Source: Mytilus californianus (Eukaryota). From it: a DNA stretch of 64,000 nucleotides. The notes under the pieces were generated by a model. It did not search any database. It was not told the origin of the DNA and worked only from the letters and a program-made list of their open reading frames with translations. The position numbers and the translations under genes are program-made. The stretch is taken from positions 111,228,001-111,292,000 of the forward strand of contig NW_026262723.1 in NCBI RefSeq assembly GCF_021869535.1. The letters are read 5' to 3'. Positions 49,393-61,200 of this stretch are shown here, one piece after another. How positions within the stretch are numbered: the first letter of the stretch is position 1; every line of letters starts with the position of its first letter.

Positions 49393-52203
49393 AAAATGCT
49401 CCGCAGGGCGCAGCTTGATACGACCGCAGAGGTCGAACCCTGAACAGTTGGGGGAAGTATGGACACAACATTCAAGCTTGATACAGCTTTGGATTTGGAT
49501 TGTGATTAAATATTTGACACAGCATAGGTTTCTAACACAGATTGAATGTGGTCTAAGAACTTAAAAATTTTAAATTGGACATTCACCTATTATGGTCCAA
49601 TATCCAAAATCTAAATACATGGTTAGATTCAGCATATCAAAGAACCCCAAGAATTCAATTTTTGATGAAATCAAACAAAGTTTAATTTTGGACCCTTTTG
49701 ACCTCAATGTGGACAAAGTTGATAACGGGGCCCAAAAATCAAAAATCTAAATACATGGTTAGATTCAGCATATCAAAGAACCCCATATATTCAATTTTTG
49801 TTGAAATCAAACAAAGTTTAATTTTGGACCCTGATTTGGACCAACTTGAAAACTGGGCCCATAATCAAAAATCTAAATACATGTTTAGATTCAGCATATC
49901 AAAGAACCCTAAGAATTCAATTTTTGTTAAAATCAAACTAAGTTTAATTTTGGACCCTTTGGACCTTAATGTAGACCAATTTGAAAACGGAACCAAAAAT
50001 TAAGAATCTAAATACACGGTTAGATTCGGCATATCAAAGAACCCCAATAATTCAATTTTTGATGAAATCAAACAAAGTTTAATTTTGGACCCTTTTGACC
50101 TCAATGTGGACAAAGTTGATAACGGGGCCCAAAAATCAAAAATCTAAATACATGGTTAGATTCAGCATATCAAAGAACCCCATATATTCAATTTTTGTTG
50201 AAATCAAACAAAGTTTAATTTTGGACCCCGATTTGGACCAACTTGAAAACTGGGCCCATAATCAAAAATCTAAATACATGTTTAGATTCAGCATATCAAA
50301 GAACCCTAAGAATTCAATTTTTGTTAAAATCAAACTAAGTTTAATTTTGGACCCTTTGGACCTTAATGTAGACCAATTTGAAAACGGAACCAAAATTTAA
50401 GAATCTAAATACACAGTTAGATTCGGCATATCAAAGAACCCCAATAATTCAATTTTTGATGAAATCAAACAAAGTTTAATTTTGGACCCTTTGGACCTCA
50501 ATGTGGACCAATTTAAAAACGGGGCCAAAAATCCAAAAACTAAATACACGGTTAGATTCAGCATATTAAAGAACCCCATGAAATCAAGAATAAAACCCCA
50601 TTGAAATTGGTCAAGAAATAAGCAATTTATAGGAAGTATCTTCTTTTGCACAATCCTGTGCTATTAAATATTTCTTGCTATTGCGCAATACTGTACAATT
50701 GACAATTTCTTGCTATTGCGCAATATTGTGCTATTGGATATTTCTTGCTATTGCGCAATACTGTGCAATTGAAGATTTCTTGCTATTGCGCAATACTGTG
50801 CAATTGAAGATTTCTTGCTATTGCGCAATACTGTGCAATTGAAGATTTCTTGCTATTGTGCAATACTGTGCAATTGAAAATTTCTTTCTATTGCACAATA
50901 CTTATTATATAATAATTTACACATCCTGTTTGGTGTGTATCTCCTACCATATCATTATTATTTATAGAATAACTAATCGAAGAATTCAAATAGAGAAAAA
51001 TATTCAACGAGTGACCGAACAACACATTAATTCACGAATGCGCGTAGCGCATGAGTTAATTATCAGTGTTGTTCGGTCACGAGTTGAATATTATTTCGAT
51101 ATTTGAATTCTTTGATTAGTTATTCTTTTTATTACATTGGCAAATGGCTTTTTTTAATGAAATTAATGTAGAAAATGTAAGGAACTATATCTTTTTTCTA
51201 CGCATTCACAATTTGTTTTGATCCGACGTTATTGACGTCTTGACAACGCCTATTGTTGTATGACGTCAGAGAGTGAAATAACCACGTTTATTTCACATGT
51301 GAAATTATCGGTTTTTATTTGACTGGAAAATCAATGTAATTCATTGCTACCAATGTAATAATTGATTTTAAATATAAATCAGAAATAACCAACTTAAAAT
51401 GGAAAATTTTAAAAGAAACAAAAAAGGAAAAAAAGAAAAAAAAGGAAAAAAAAATAAATCCCCCCCCAAAATTTTTTGAACCCCCATTATGATTCATCAC
51501 CCCCAAACTCAATCCCAACCTTCCCTTTGTGGTATGGTACCTTGCAGTACAATTTCAGAGAGATCCATACACTTGAACACAAGTTATTGTCTGGAAACTA
51601 GAAAAAAATGTGTTTTTTGAACCCTTTTTGGCCCCAAATTCCTAAATGTTTAGGGCAATTACCCCCAAACTCAAACCCAGCTTTCCCTTTGTGATATGGA
51701 ACCTTGTAGTACAATTTCAGAAAGATCCATACACTTACACACAAGTTATTGTCATGAAACTAGAAAAATGCTTGTTTTTTGCCCCTTTTTTGGCCCCTAA
51801 TTCCTAAAATTTGGAGGCAATTACCCCCAAAATCAATCCCAGCATTCCTTTAGTGATATGGAACCTTGTGGTACAATGTCAGAGAGATCCATACACTAAG
51901 ACACAAGTTATGTCTGGAAGTTACAAAAATGCTTATTTTTGGCCCCTTTTTGGCCCCTAATTCCTTTACTGTTATTACCATAACCCCCAAAATCAATCCC
52001 AACCTTCCTTTTGTGGTATTGAACCTTGTGGTAAAATTTCATAAAGATCCATTCACTTAAACTAAAGTTAGAGTGCGAAAACCAATGTGTCTTCGGACGA
52101 CGCCAGACGACGCCGACGACGACGACGACGACGCCGGACGACGACGACGCCAACGTCATACCAATATACGACCACAAAAATTTTTTTGCGGTCGTATAAA
52201 AAA
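49393..52203 (+). mobile_element. Composite Helentron/HINE-like element in MOB1 intron 1 (397-bp tandem units at about 49590-50560, 35-bp repeats at about 50665-50900)
   Basis: Same head and tail as 35648 and 41834; identical ORFs at 49698 and 50095 give the 397-bp period. Confidence 0.75.
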
Positions 52204-52952
52204 TATAAATGAACTAAAATTAAAAATCATACAAGACTAACAAAGGCACGAGGCTCCTGACTTGGGACAGACAAATGGCACAAATTTTCATATAATTGGC
52301 AAAATTTTCCCTGTTAGTTAATGAAAAGATGACAGCCTCCAAAAATCCTACTTTTTCAAGGCTATTCACTTTCATCCAGGTGATATTTTAGTCATGGTGT
52401 CTTTGGGCAATGTGTTGTCATTTACCTGAATGTTTGCCCCATGACAGGAAATATCTTGAGATCAAAAGTTTATATTTTTGTCACTGAAAATGGATACCTG
52501 TTTTGGGGTATAATACCCATAAATGGAGATAGTACCCATTAATGAGGATCTTCTCCAACCTGTTATACATGTAAGCATGAAGGGTGGAACCAGTCATTCA
52601 AGTCCCAAGAATATATTTCATTTTCAGTATAAGGTTGAGTTATTGTTGATGCTTAATGTCCAGCAGCAAAGAATTTTAAGGTGAAATAGTTGTTTCGAAT
52701 GCAGCTGTTCTGAGCAATAAAATAAAGTAACGGGGAAGAGTTCGAGCATATTCATATGACAGCCACTTAAAATGCAACAAAGCATGAATTATATTTTATA
52801 CTAAGCATTCAGATTAACATCTGTTAATGTTTCAGTACTAGTGTGCTTGTTTGTTTATGTTGTCATCTATGGTATATATAATAAACAAATTTGAGAAATT
52901 GTTATCTGTATAATGACAGTTCCGCGAAAATGTAAACAAACATTGAACTTAC

Positions 52953-52966
52953 AAAAAGAAGCTCAT
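52953..52966 (-). CDS. MOB1: MOB kinase activator 1, exon 1 (14 coding nt)
   Basis: ATG AGC TTC TTT TT|gtaagt. Gives MSFFF, matching the MSFLF start of MOB1, and supplies the phase 2 needed by exon 2. Confidence 0.85.
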
Positions 52967-53118
52967 TTCTCTGTAGTGGTAATCAAAATGCAAGCAACAT
53001 GAAACAAGACATTCGAAGAACCAAATATATGGCTGTTTATCCTTTTACAGATATCGATTGCTTGGATTTTTGTAGATTGAAAAGTTCATTTGGATTTTTC
53101 TAAATTCCCAAAAATGTA

Positions 53119-53127
53119 ACCGGAAGT
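53119..53127 (+). promoter_or_regulatory. ETS/GABP-type site ACCGGAAGT about 150 bp upstream of the MOB1 ATG
   Basis: Exact ETS consensus at a position expected for a housekeeping-gene promoter; function not shown. Confidence 0.35.
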
Positions 53128-54615
53128 ACAATATTATTTTCCTGGTAGAAAGAAAGCTGTATAACTTGTATAACTTTTACAACTATCAATATATAGGAAT
53201 ACAAGTTATGTATATATCTTTATAAGTTCAAATTTAAAATAATTTGCAAAATGCGAACTTTTTCAGATTCCGTTAATTTTAATGAAAATTAAATAGTTTC
53301 GTATTCATGGGTAGCATATTTATTGGCATATGATCGTGCACAGTCTTTAATTAATGGTATACCTGTAGACCCATGGTTAAAATTGTTTAAGCATTCTAAC
53401 GACCAAAAATCAAAACATTATGATTTTAAGATGAAGCAGATGTAAACTGATGAGCCCGAATGTTATTCGTTTTTTAACAAGTGGTTTGTGCATGTTTGTT
53501 TTACTTGTCGTTATACTTAAAAAACGTCGATGATGCTATATAAGAAGAAAAATTTGAAAAAAATCATTGTTATCTCTCAGTTATTTGATATATTATATTA
53601 ATTTATGTATAATTCATTGTAATTATTCTGCTCCTTGTGGGCGCTTTGATTAGCAAAATAAAGTATCTGTATCTGTATACATAAATATTAAAAGCGGTCG
53701 GCATGGTTTACAAATCCATTTTAAAGACATAACACGGCTCTCTTTTGAGTTTTTACCCGACAAGCAAGGCATAAAAACACAAACAAGCATTCAATAATTT
53801 TAAATGAATACCAGGGCCAGACCCTTCTGCTATCATATAAACAATAAAGAAGTGTTAATAACTTGGTTGTTTTAGATTACATTGAAATCTTTAGGAATAA
53901 GTTATTTAAAGTACTAATAAGTTTTCATGCGATAGGATCGTATCTTAGTTTACGAGCTCTATAACCTACATGACCGTAAATTTGAAATATGATGTAATTT
54001 CCCGTTAGTGATAGGTTTCCTACGTGTGCAGCCATGAAACCGTTTCAATCCAAAATCGATCACGGCGAAGTCAAAGTCATTGTAAGTAAGTAGGTAAGTA
54101 ATGGTGTTATTTTTAGAAGGGTAACACCATAAAACCATAGATGATAAAACTAATCTTTCCCGAGTCCCTCCCGGACACAAAAAAAAAAGAAATACAATAT
54201 ATACCGTGAACTATAATAATGAAATATATAAAACACACTATGTATATAAGTACGTATATATACAAGTCTAAATTGAAAACAACGTTCAAACCTATGATTG
54301 CGTTGGATAAAAACCGCAATTTTTATACGTGTGCATGCAAAAACAAATTTCTTGTTAGAGGGGTCAAAATACAGCACAAACAACATTTCCCAAAAGACCA
54401 AAAAAGTGAAAAAGTATATTTTAACAAAACGCATTTGACTAACAGGTCGAACAACAAATGTTCTTAAACCCTGCTGACTGCCAATGGCGATTGCCAAATA
54501 AACGGATCACAAGGTGTAATAAATGGATCTTAATTAAAAATTTAATACCAAACAGAAAACAATAAACTTGCGGCAAAGATGGTATACCGCAAACAAAGGT
54601 GCAAAGATTTTTGTA

Positions 54616-54657
54616 CACCATATCCGGATTTCGACAATTAATGTCTCTTCAGTGATG
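54616..54657 (-). ncRNA. Type I hammerhead ribozyme (identical copy on the minus strand)
   Basis: Exact reverse complement of 55220-55261. Confidence 0.85.
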
Positions 54658-55219
54658 TTAGGAGTCGAAACAGTATTTGGAAGGCCATGTAATTTACCTC
54701 AATTTAGGATAGACTCTCGAATTTTGAGGAGTCAAATTAGGATGAACGGATCATATAAACCCGAAGGCAAATATAATACAAGCCCAAACGAAAAAATATA
54801 AACAAGTCTAAATTGAAAACAACGTTCAAACCTATGATTGCGTTGGATAAAAACCGCAGTCAGCAGGGTTTAAGAACATTTGTTGTTCGACCTGTTAGTC
54901 AAATGCGTTTTGTTAAAATATACTTTTTCACTTTTTTGGTCTTTTGGGAAATGTTGTTTGTGCTGTATTTTGACCCCTCTAACAAGAAATTTGTTTTTGC
55001 ATGCACACGTATAAAAATTGCGGTTTTTATCCAACGCAATCATTGGTTTGAACGTTGTTTTCAATTTAGACTTGTTTATATTTTTTCGTTTGGGCTTGTA
55101 TTATATTTGCCTTCGGGTTTATATGATCCGTTCATCCTAATTTGACTCCTCAAAATTCGAGAGTCTATCCTAAATTGAGGTAAATTACATGGCCTTCCAA
55201 ATACTGTTTCGATTCCTAA

Positions 55220-55261
55220 CATCACTGAAGAGACATTAATTGTCGAAATCCGGATATGGTG
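55220..55261 (+). ncRNA. Type I hammerhead ribozyme (intact core)
   Basis: CATCA-CTGAAGA-GACA-ttaat-TGTC-GAAA-TCCGGA-TA/TGGTG: all conserved core bases, stem I CATCA:TGGTG, stem II GACA:TGTC, palindromic stem III, AUA cleavage triplet (cut after 55256). Confidence 0.85.
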
Positions 55262-55796
55262 TACAAAAATCTTTGCACCTTTGTTTGCGGTATACCATCT
55301 TTGCCGCAAGTTTATTGTTTTCTGTTTGGTATTAAATTTTTAATTAAGATCCATTTATTACACCTTGTGATCCGTTTATTTGGCAATCGCCAATGGCAGT
55401 CAGCAGGGTTTAAGAACATTTGTTGTTCGACCTGTTAGTCAAATGCGTTTTGTTAAAATATACTTTTTCACTTTTTTGGTCTTTTGGGAAATGTTGTTTG
55501 TGCTGTATTTTGACCCCTCTAACAAGTACGTATATATATATATACAAGTAGCCTTCATGCTTAATTTGGAATAGAAAATTATTAAGATATTTAATAAAAT
55601 ATAAATTTGCATTCATAACTACTGATCTAGCTTACATTTTGATATCATGAACAAATAATTTGTTTCTTCTAAATTTCTTCTTTCTTTTAAAATCACAGTC
55701 AAGAGAGAACGTAAAGCAGGGGGTAAATGGTTCCATAATGTTATCCCTGAATGATGAAATGTTTTCTTCATAAAAATATATTATGGTCGAGACACA

Positions 55797-57310
55797 ATGA
55801 AATTGAGAATGGAAACGGAGAATGCGTCAAAGAGACAACAACCCGACCAAAGAGCAGAAAACAGCCCAAGGTCACCAATGGGTCTTCAACATAGCGAGAA
55901 AATCCCGCACCCGGAGACGGGCTTCAGCTGGCCCCTAAACAATAATGTATACAAGTTTAACGAAAATGGACGTCACACTAAACTCCGAAACATATAAAGG
56001 AACCAAAATTTAAAAAAAACATACAAGACTAACAAAGGCAAGAGATTCCTGACTTGACACAGACGCGAAAATGCGGCGGGTTAAACATGTTTTGTGAGAT
56101 CTCAACCCTCCCCTATACCTCTAGCCAATGTGGAGTAAACAAATACACAGCAATACGCACAGTAAAATTCAGTTTAAAAGAAGTCCGAGTCCGATGTTAG
56201 AATAGGTAACAGAAGAAACTAAGCAAAATGACAATAATCAACATAAATTAACAAAGGACTACTAGCACTTACTCACAGATCTTAGCCAGCTCGATCCAGA
56301 CCTCAATTAAACCAGAGACATATAGTACTATATGTCTCTGATTAAACTGATTGAAAGATTATGTCTTTATCATATGAAAATCAAGCACAATCCCTCCCGT
56401 TAGGGGTTTGGTATCATACCATCATAAAATATACGATATAAGAACATAACCCGTATCATGCCAACAACTGGTTTTAGAATAAATGTGTTTATTTCCGAAG
56501 ACCCTATATGAGTGAATCAATATTAATTCCAAAAATTGCCATCTTTAATGACCTGACAATAGTATCGTACCTATATCCCTTCTGAATAAGTCTGTTTTAA
56601 GGTTTGGTTAGCTTTTGAGGTGAATGACGACATTTATGTGCTTTTTATAGAACTTTATCATAAAAGATGGGAGGTGAAATACCAGAACGTATAAGGTGTC
56701 TGCACGTTGATTTATATTTACGAATGATGTCCTTGTACCAATGATAAAATTTAGTAAATGTTTTGACAAGTTTGTGATATCGAAAACCCTGGTGTAATAT
56801 TTTTTTCAGTAATATAAAGATTTCTTTCGTTAAAATCAAATACGTTGTTACATACACGAGCGAATCGAACAAGTTGACATATGTAAACACCATAAGATGT
56901 CACCATCTAAAAATGGATATTTAACAATACGAAATGAAAAATCATCTCTTTTATCATAAATTTTAGTATTAAGCTTTCCGTTAAAAATAAAAATATCAAG
57001 ATCAAGGAAAGGGCAGTATTCATTGTTAGTATTACCTTTATTTAAAGTCAGTTCAGCAGGATAAATCTTTTTAGTGTACATACTGAAGTCGTAATTATTA
57101 CGAGCCAATATATCATTCAAATATCTAAAAGTATTATTCAACTTTTGTATCAGATGTTGTTTCAATGGGTCTTTGTTGATTTTAGTCATAAATTGTTACT
57201 CGTAACAATACAAAAACAGTTCCGCAATAAGTGGTGCAGTTATTTACCTTTGGAATTCCGATAACTTGACGATATACGGACTCTTCATAGCGAACAAAAA
57301 TGTTATCTTG
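55797..57310 (-). mobile_element. Penelope-like retroelement remnant, second subfamily (RT plus long tail)
   Basis: Minus-strand VYRQVIGIP...CAPLIAELFLYCYE...FRYLNDIL...CPFLDLDI...KIYDKRDDFSFRIVKYPFLDG. The tail matches the dispersed repeat at 49200-49392 and 52203-52272. Confidence 0.75.
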
Positions 57311-58438
57311 TAAAAATTCAAGTGCAGTTATCAAGTCTCCATTAGTATATAGTATAAGAGATTAATAGTTTCGGTGAGATACTTTAAAATATCACTGACA
57401 TACTCACTTATATGAAGCGCATTTGTTATCTTTTTATACATATATAAATCTCTATGATATTCAACTCTATTGTTAGTTACAGGCAGTGTGGTTACGAGCA
57501 ACGCAACACCGCGGATACAGGGTCATATCGGCCGTTTTTACTATATAGAAAGAGAGAGGGAGCAATAAATGTACGCAGGGCAATACAAGTAGAGATTAGT
57601 CAACCATGTGTGCCAAAATAGCTCTTGTTCAACCAAGGTTAAATTTGTCTTCTGATAAAAAAAAACCCCATCATATGAACGTTTTCCATTTGTAATTTAA
57701 TTTTTATCCCATCCTAACAGTCACGTACCGTCTGAGACATGTCCCTTGTTTAACATTAAGATATTGCAAAATCATTAACTATCAATGAAGATAACCGTAA
57801 ATTCTAAAACTCTATTACTCGAACTCCATTACCATATTATATGACCTCTACGACATTTTCATAACCCTAAGGCTATTACCTTATACCTTTATAACCCTAT
57901 ATGTGTCATGGCCGAATGTTAAAAGTTTATCAGACTAAATAAGTAAAAAAAGAACGATCATGAGAAATAACGACACGAAACCGTAAAAAATAGGAATAAA
58001 CACAAATGTTACATATGGCTAATTAATTATAAGCAGTTACTGTCGCTCAAGGCAAGAAAAAGTTTCGGTTAAAAAAAAGATAAGGCACCACATTTTCCAG
58101 TTTGGGTGAACACAGGTACTTCAAACGGTCAAAAAGGAGTTCCTGTTGCTTATTGAAATTAAAAAATGAAAACAACACGTTATAAATTTCATGCGTCCGA
58201 AGCGCTTTTCTGGATTTACCTTCAGACATCAGGAACTCGCAAAGCCGAATATTTGAAAGCCAAGGATGTATAAAAACCGAAACAATTGAAAAGCTATGTA
58301 AACAAAAGGACCTGAAAAAAAATAGCCAAATCCATCTGAGGTCAACTTTACCTGAGGGAGTTGAAACCTTAGTTTCTTTATAATTTCAAAATTTATATAC
58401 GAACATTTTTTTTTAAATTACTCTTAAAGAGTAACCCC

Positions 58439-58469
<31 letters not shown>

Positions 58470-58689
58470 ATTAGATAACAAATAACCACTAAAAAGACAC
58501 CTAGGGGTAAACATACAGTCTTAAGACTGTATTTGCATATAAATAGTAACAAAACACCAGTTATTCCACACAATTTAAACTCTCTTTTATATGTTACACA
58601 GGCACTTGTCTCTGAAAAAATACCTATATACTTTAACATAAGGTATATAGGGAAAACAAATTTCAGGGACAAGTGCCTGTGGTTGCAAT

Positions 58690-59130
58690 GATCAAACTTA
58701 GACTACTGTACAACAGTATGGAACCTCCTACCAAAAAGAGCAGGCAAAAAAGGTTGAAATGGTCCAGCGTCGTGCAGCCCTTTACGCCACAAATCGCTAT
58801 ATGAACACCAGTAGTGTAGGAAGCATGTTGAAAGAACTTGGCTGGGAATCATTGTAAGACAGAGGGGTGAAACTACAGCTAACCTTATTTTACAAAGTGG
58901 GTTAATGATCTTGTGGATATACCATGCGACAATTACCTATAACATCAAAAGTCAACAAGAACAAGACCATCACATACCAAGAAGTTTCGGCAATACTCAA
59001 CCAAGATTAATGGCTTCAAATACAGCTTTTTGCCAAGAACAGTGACTACTAGGAACTCTTTATCAGTAACAGTAGATGAGGTTCCCTCCTTGGCATCCTT
59101 CAAGAGGGAGCTTTTCATACGCTCTTTCTA
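58690..59130 (+). mobile_element. Decayed LINE ORF2 3' fragment (CR1/L2-like)
   Basis: YCTTVWN...KKVEMVQRRAA...YMNTSSVGSMLKELGWESL...LFYK, with frameshifts and stops. Confidence 0.65.
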
Positions 59131-60049
59131 GTCTTTTCCGTCCCCCATTTGCCAAGTAAGTCAAATGAGAGACTGGAGCTGTGCCGGCGGGGATCATTTC
59201 CCTGGAACCGCAACGGAAGCCGGATTGGTTTAGGCCAGATGGACGAAATGCAAATGGGTACCCCCCTTCTCTTTCTTTACTATTTCCTATTATACTTATA
59301 TACTTGCTTTATATATTCTTGGTTTTATCTTATAAAAATACTCTTTTTTTTGCGCCCACCGGAAGCGTTGAGTATTGGTCAAGATTGACAGTTCAACGTA
59401 TGATGTAGATGTAAATGGATGATTTCAACTTCACCAATTGGAAAGCTTCGTTTAATAGCTTTTAAACCCTTAGTAAATAATAAAAAAAAAAATTCTATGC
59501 CAAAAAACGAAAAAAAAAAACCAACCAAACAACAGTATACAAAACACAACATAGAAAACCAAAGACTGAGCAATATGAACCCCACCAAAAACCGGGAGTG
59601 CTCTCAAGGATATGGTAGCACTCCACAGTTTCACAGGAAATAAATAAAATTGATCCGCAAAATGTTTAATCATCTCCTATTTCTGGCTTTCTACAAATTA
59701 AGGTAACTGTTTGTGTCACACATGTGCACATGTATGTAACCAGTATCTTCCATAGATTTAACTTTGATATTCAACAGTTAAAATGGTGAAATATAATTTC
59801 TTCGTTGTGTATGGTGACTATCCATGGCAACATTCTGCATTTATTTACCATAAACTATTGCAAAAAGGGGCATGAAAATGTCACATGTTCCCCTAAAATT
59901 TGGTTCAAAGTTGAATTTCAATCCCTTTGAATGATATCTTTTCTGAAACTATTGAAATTAATCTATCAAATGATCATATAAAAATTGGGTGCCTTTCGCC
60001 TCATATTTTCTCTCGTAAAGTTGAATCACCCAGTTCGCACTGGGACATA

Positions 60050-61200
60050 ATATTGCTCAGTCGAATGGAAAAGACTAGTAGGAATAAAGATCAAGGAATA
60101 CTGGAAAAATGAATGTCACTATGAAAAAATGGAAAAAACATCACTTAAATAGATAGAGATACAGAACAATCCATTAAATGAAGCACACAATATATGGAAA
60201 AGCGTAAAAAACAATAGTAAAGATGTAAAGGCAGGAGAAATAAAAGCAAGAATAAGTACTCAAACGTACATATTACAAGCCAAAAGAGCTAAGTTCGATC
60301 CGAAAGTTAACCCGATATGTACAATCTGTGAACAGGAAAATGAAGATCTGGAACATTTTATTCTACGCTGTAAAGAATTGGAGCAAATAAGATCTAAATA
60401 TTGCTCAAAAATAGAACAGACAATGGATGAAATCGATACCTCAACATACAAGAAGATCATACAAGAAGGGAATTTACTGCAGCTCATAATGGACTGTACT
60501 AGCAAGGACATAAACTGTTACTCAACTGTGTATGAAAACATTGAAACTCTGGCTAGAAATATGTGCTACGAGATGCACATGCTGCGCACAAAAAGGATTA
60601 AAAACTTGAACACAAGTACAGTATAAGTAAATTTTTTTAAAATAAAATAGTTCCCTACTTTACCATCTTACTATTTTATGACGTATTAGGACCTAAATTA
60701 AATAAAAAAAATTTGCAAAGTTTTAAGATATCCAGTTACCTTAAAGAATAATGATAAGATCCGAAATAAGGTAACTTTAAACTGTGAAGGTAAACTTATG
60801 TATATATGATGAATTGTTCTAAACCCCAACCCTTTTACATAAGTCCTATAAAATAACTTCTCATTATAAATTCTGATGTACGTATAGCACCTTTAACTAA
60901 CAATTATAAGAAAGTTTAATTTAAGACCACTTAAATTCTAAATTCTTATTTGTAAATATATCCAGTTCTTACTTAACTTATTCTTACACTTCAGCACATT
61001 ATGAATATTATTTTTAAAATTTTATGATGACAATCCTATGAATTAGTTATAATATTAATTTTAGTAATTATTATTGCCTAAATTCAGTCATCTGTACATA
61101 ATTAAATGCTTCCTTATGTTCTAAGGTGTATATAGTTGCTACAATTATACCCTATGGGTAGTGCTCCACAATTAATGGAGGAATATACAAGAAACTGAAA
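60050..61200 (+). mobile_element. LINE ORF2 C-terminus with CCHC-type motif plus 3' UTR
   Basis: Open frame 60183-60626: HNIWKSV...KARI.TQTYILQA.RAKF...CTICEQENEDLEHFILRC. Confidence 0.65.

Larger units (their letters stand above)
54262..55526. mobile_element. Retrozyme-like insertion: 540-bp monomer as 1.1 units (sense on -) plus 1.24 units (sense on +)
   Basis: Period 540 on both sides (54262/54802 and 54859/55399); inversion junction at 54858/54859; each half carries a hammerhead motif. Confidence 0.8.

Noticed and set aside
49698-50400. Two identical 101-aa ORFs
   Set aside because: They arise from the 397-bp tandem unit of a non-autonomous element.
54150-55616. Multiple duplicated ORFs on both strands
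   Set aside because: Products of the inverted 540-bp repeat; no protein motifs recognised.
59140-59400. GC-richer segment with short ORFs
   Set aside because: No recognisable protein or RNA motif; lies between repeat fragments.
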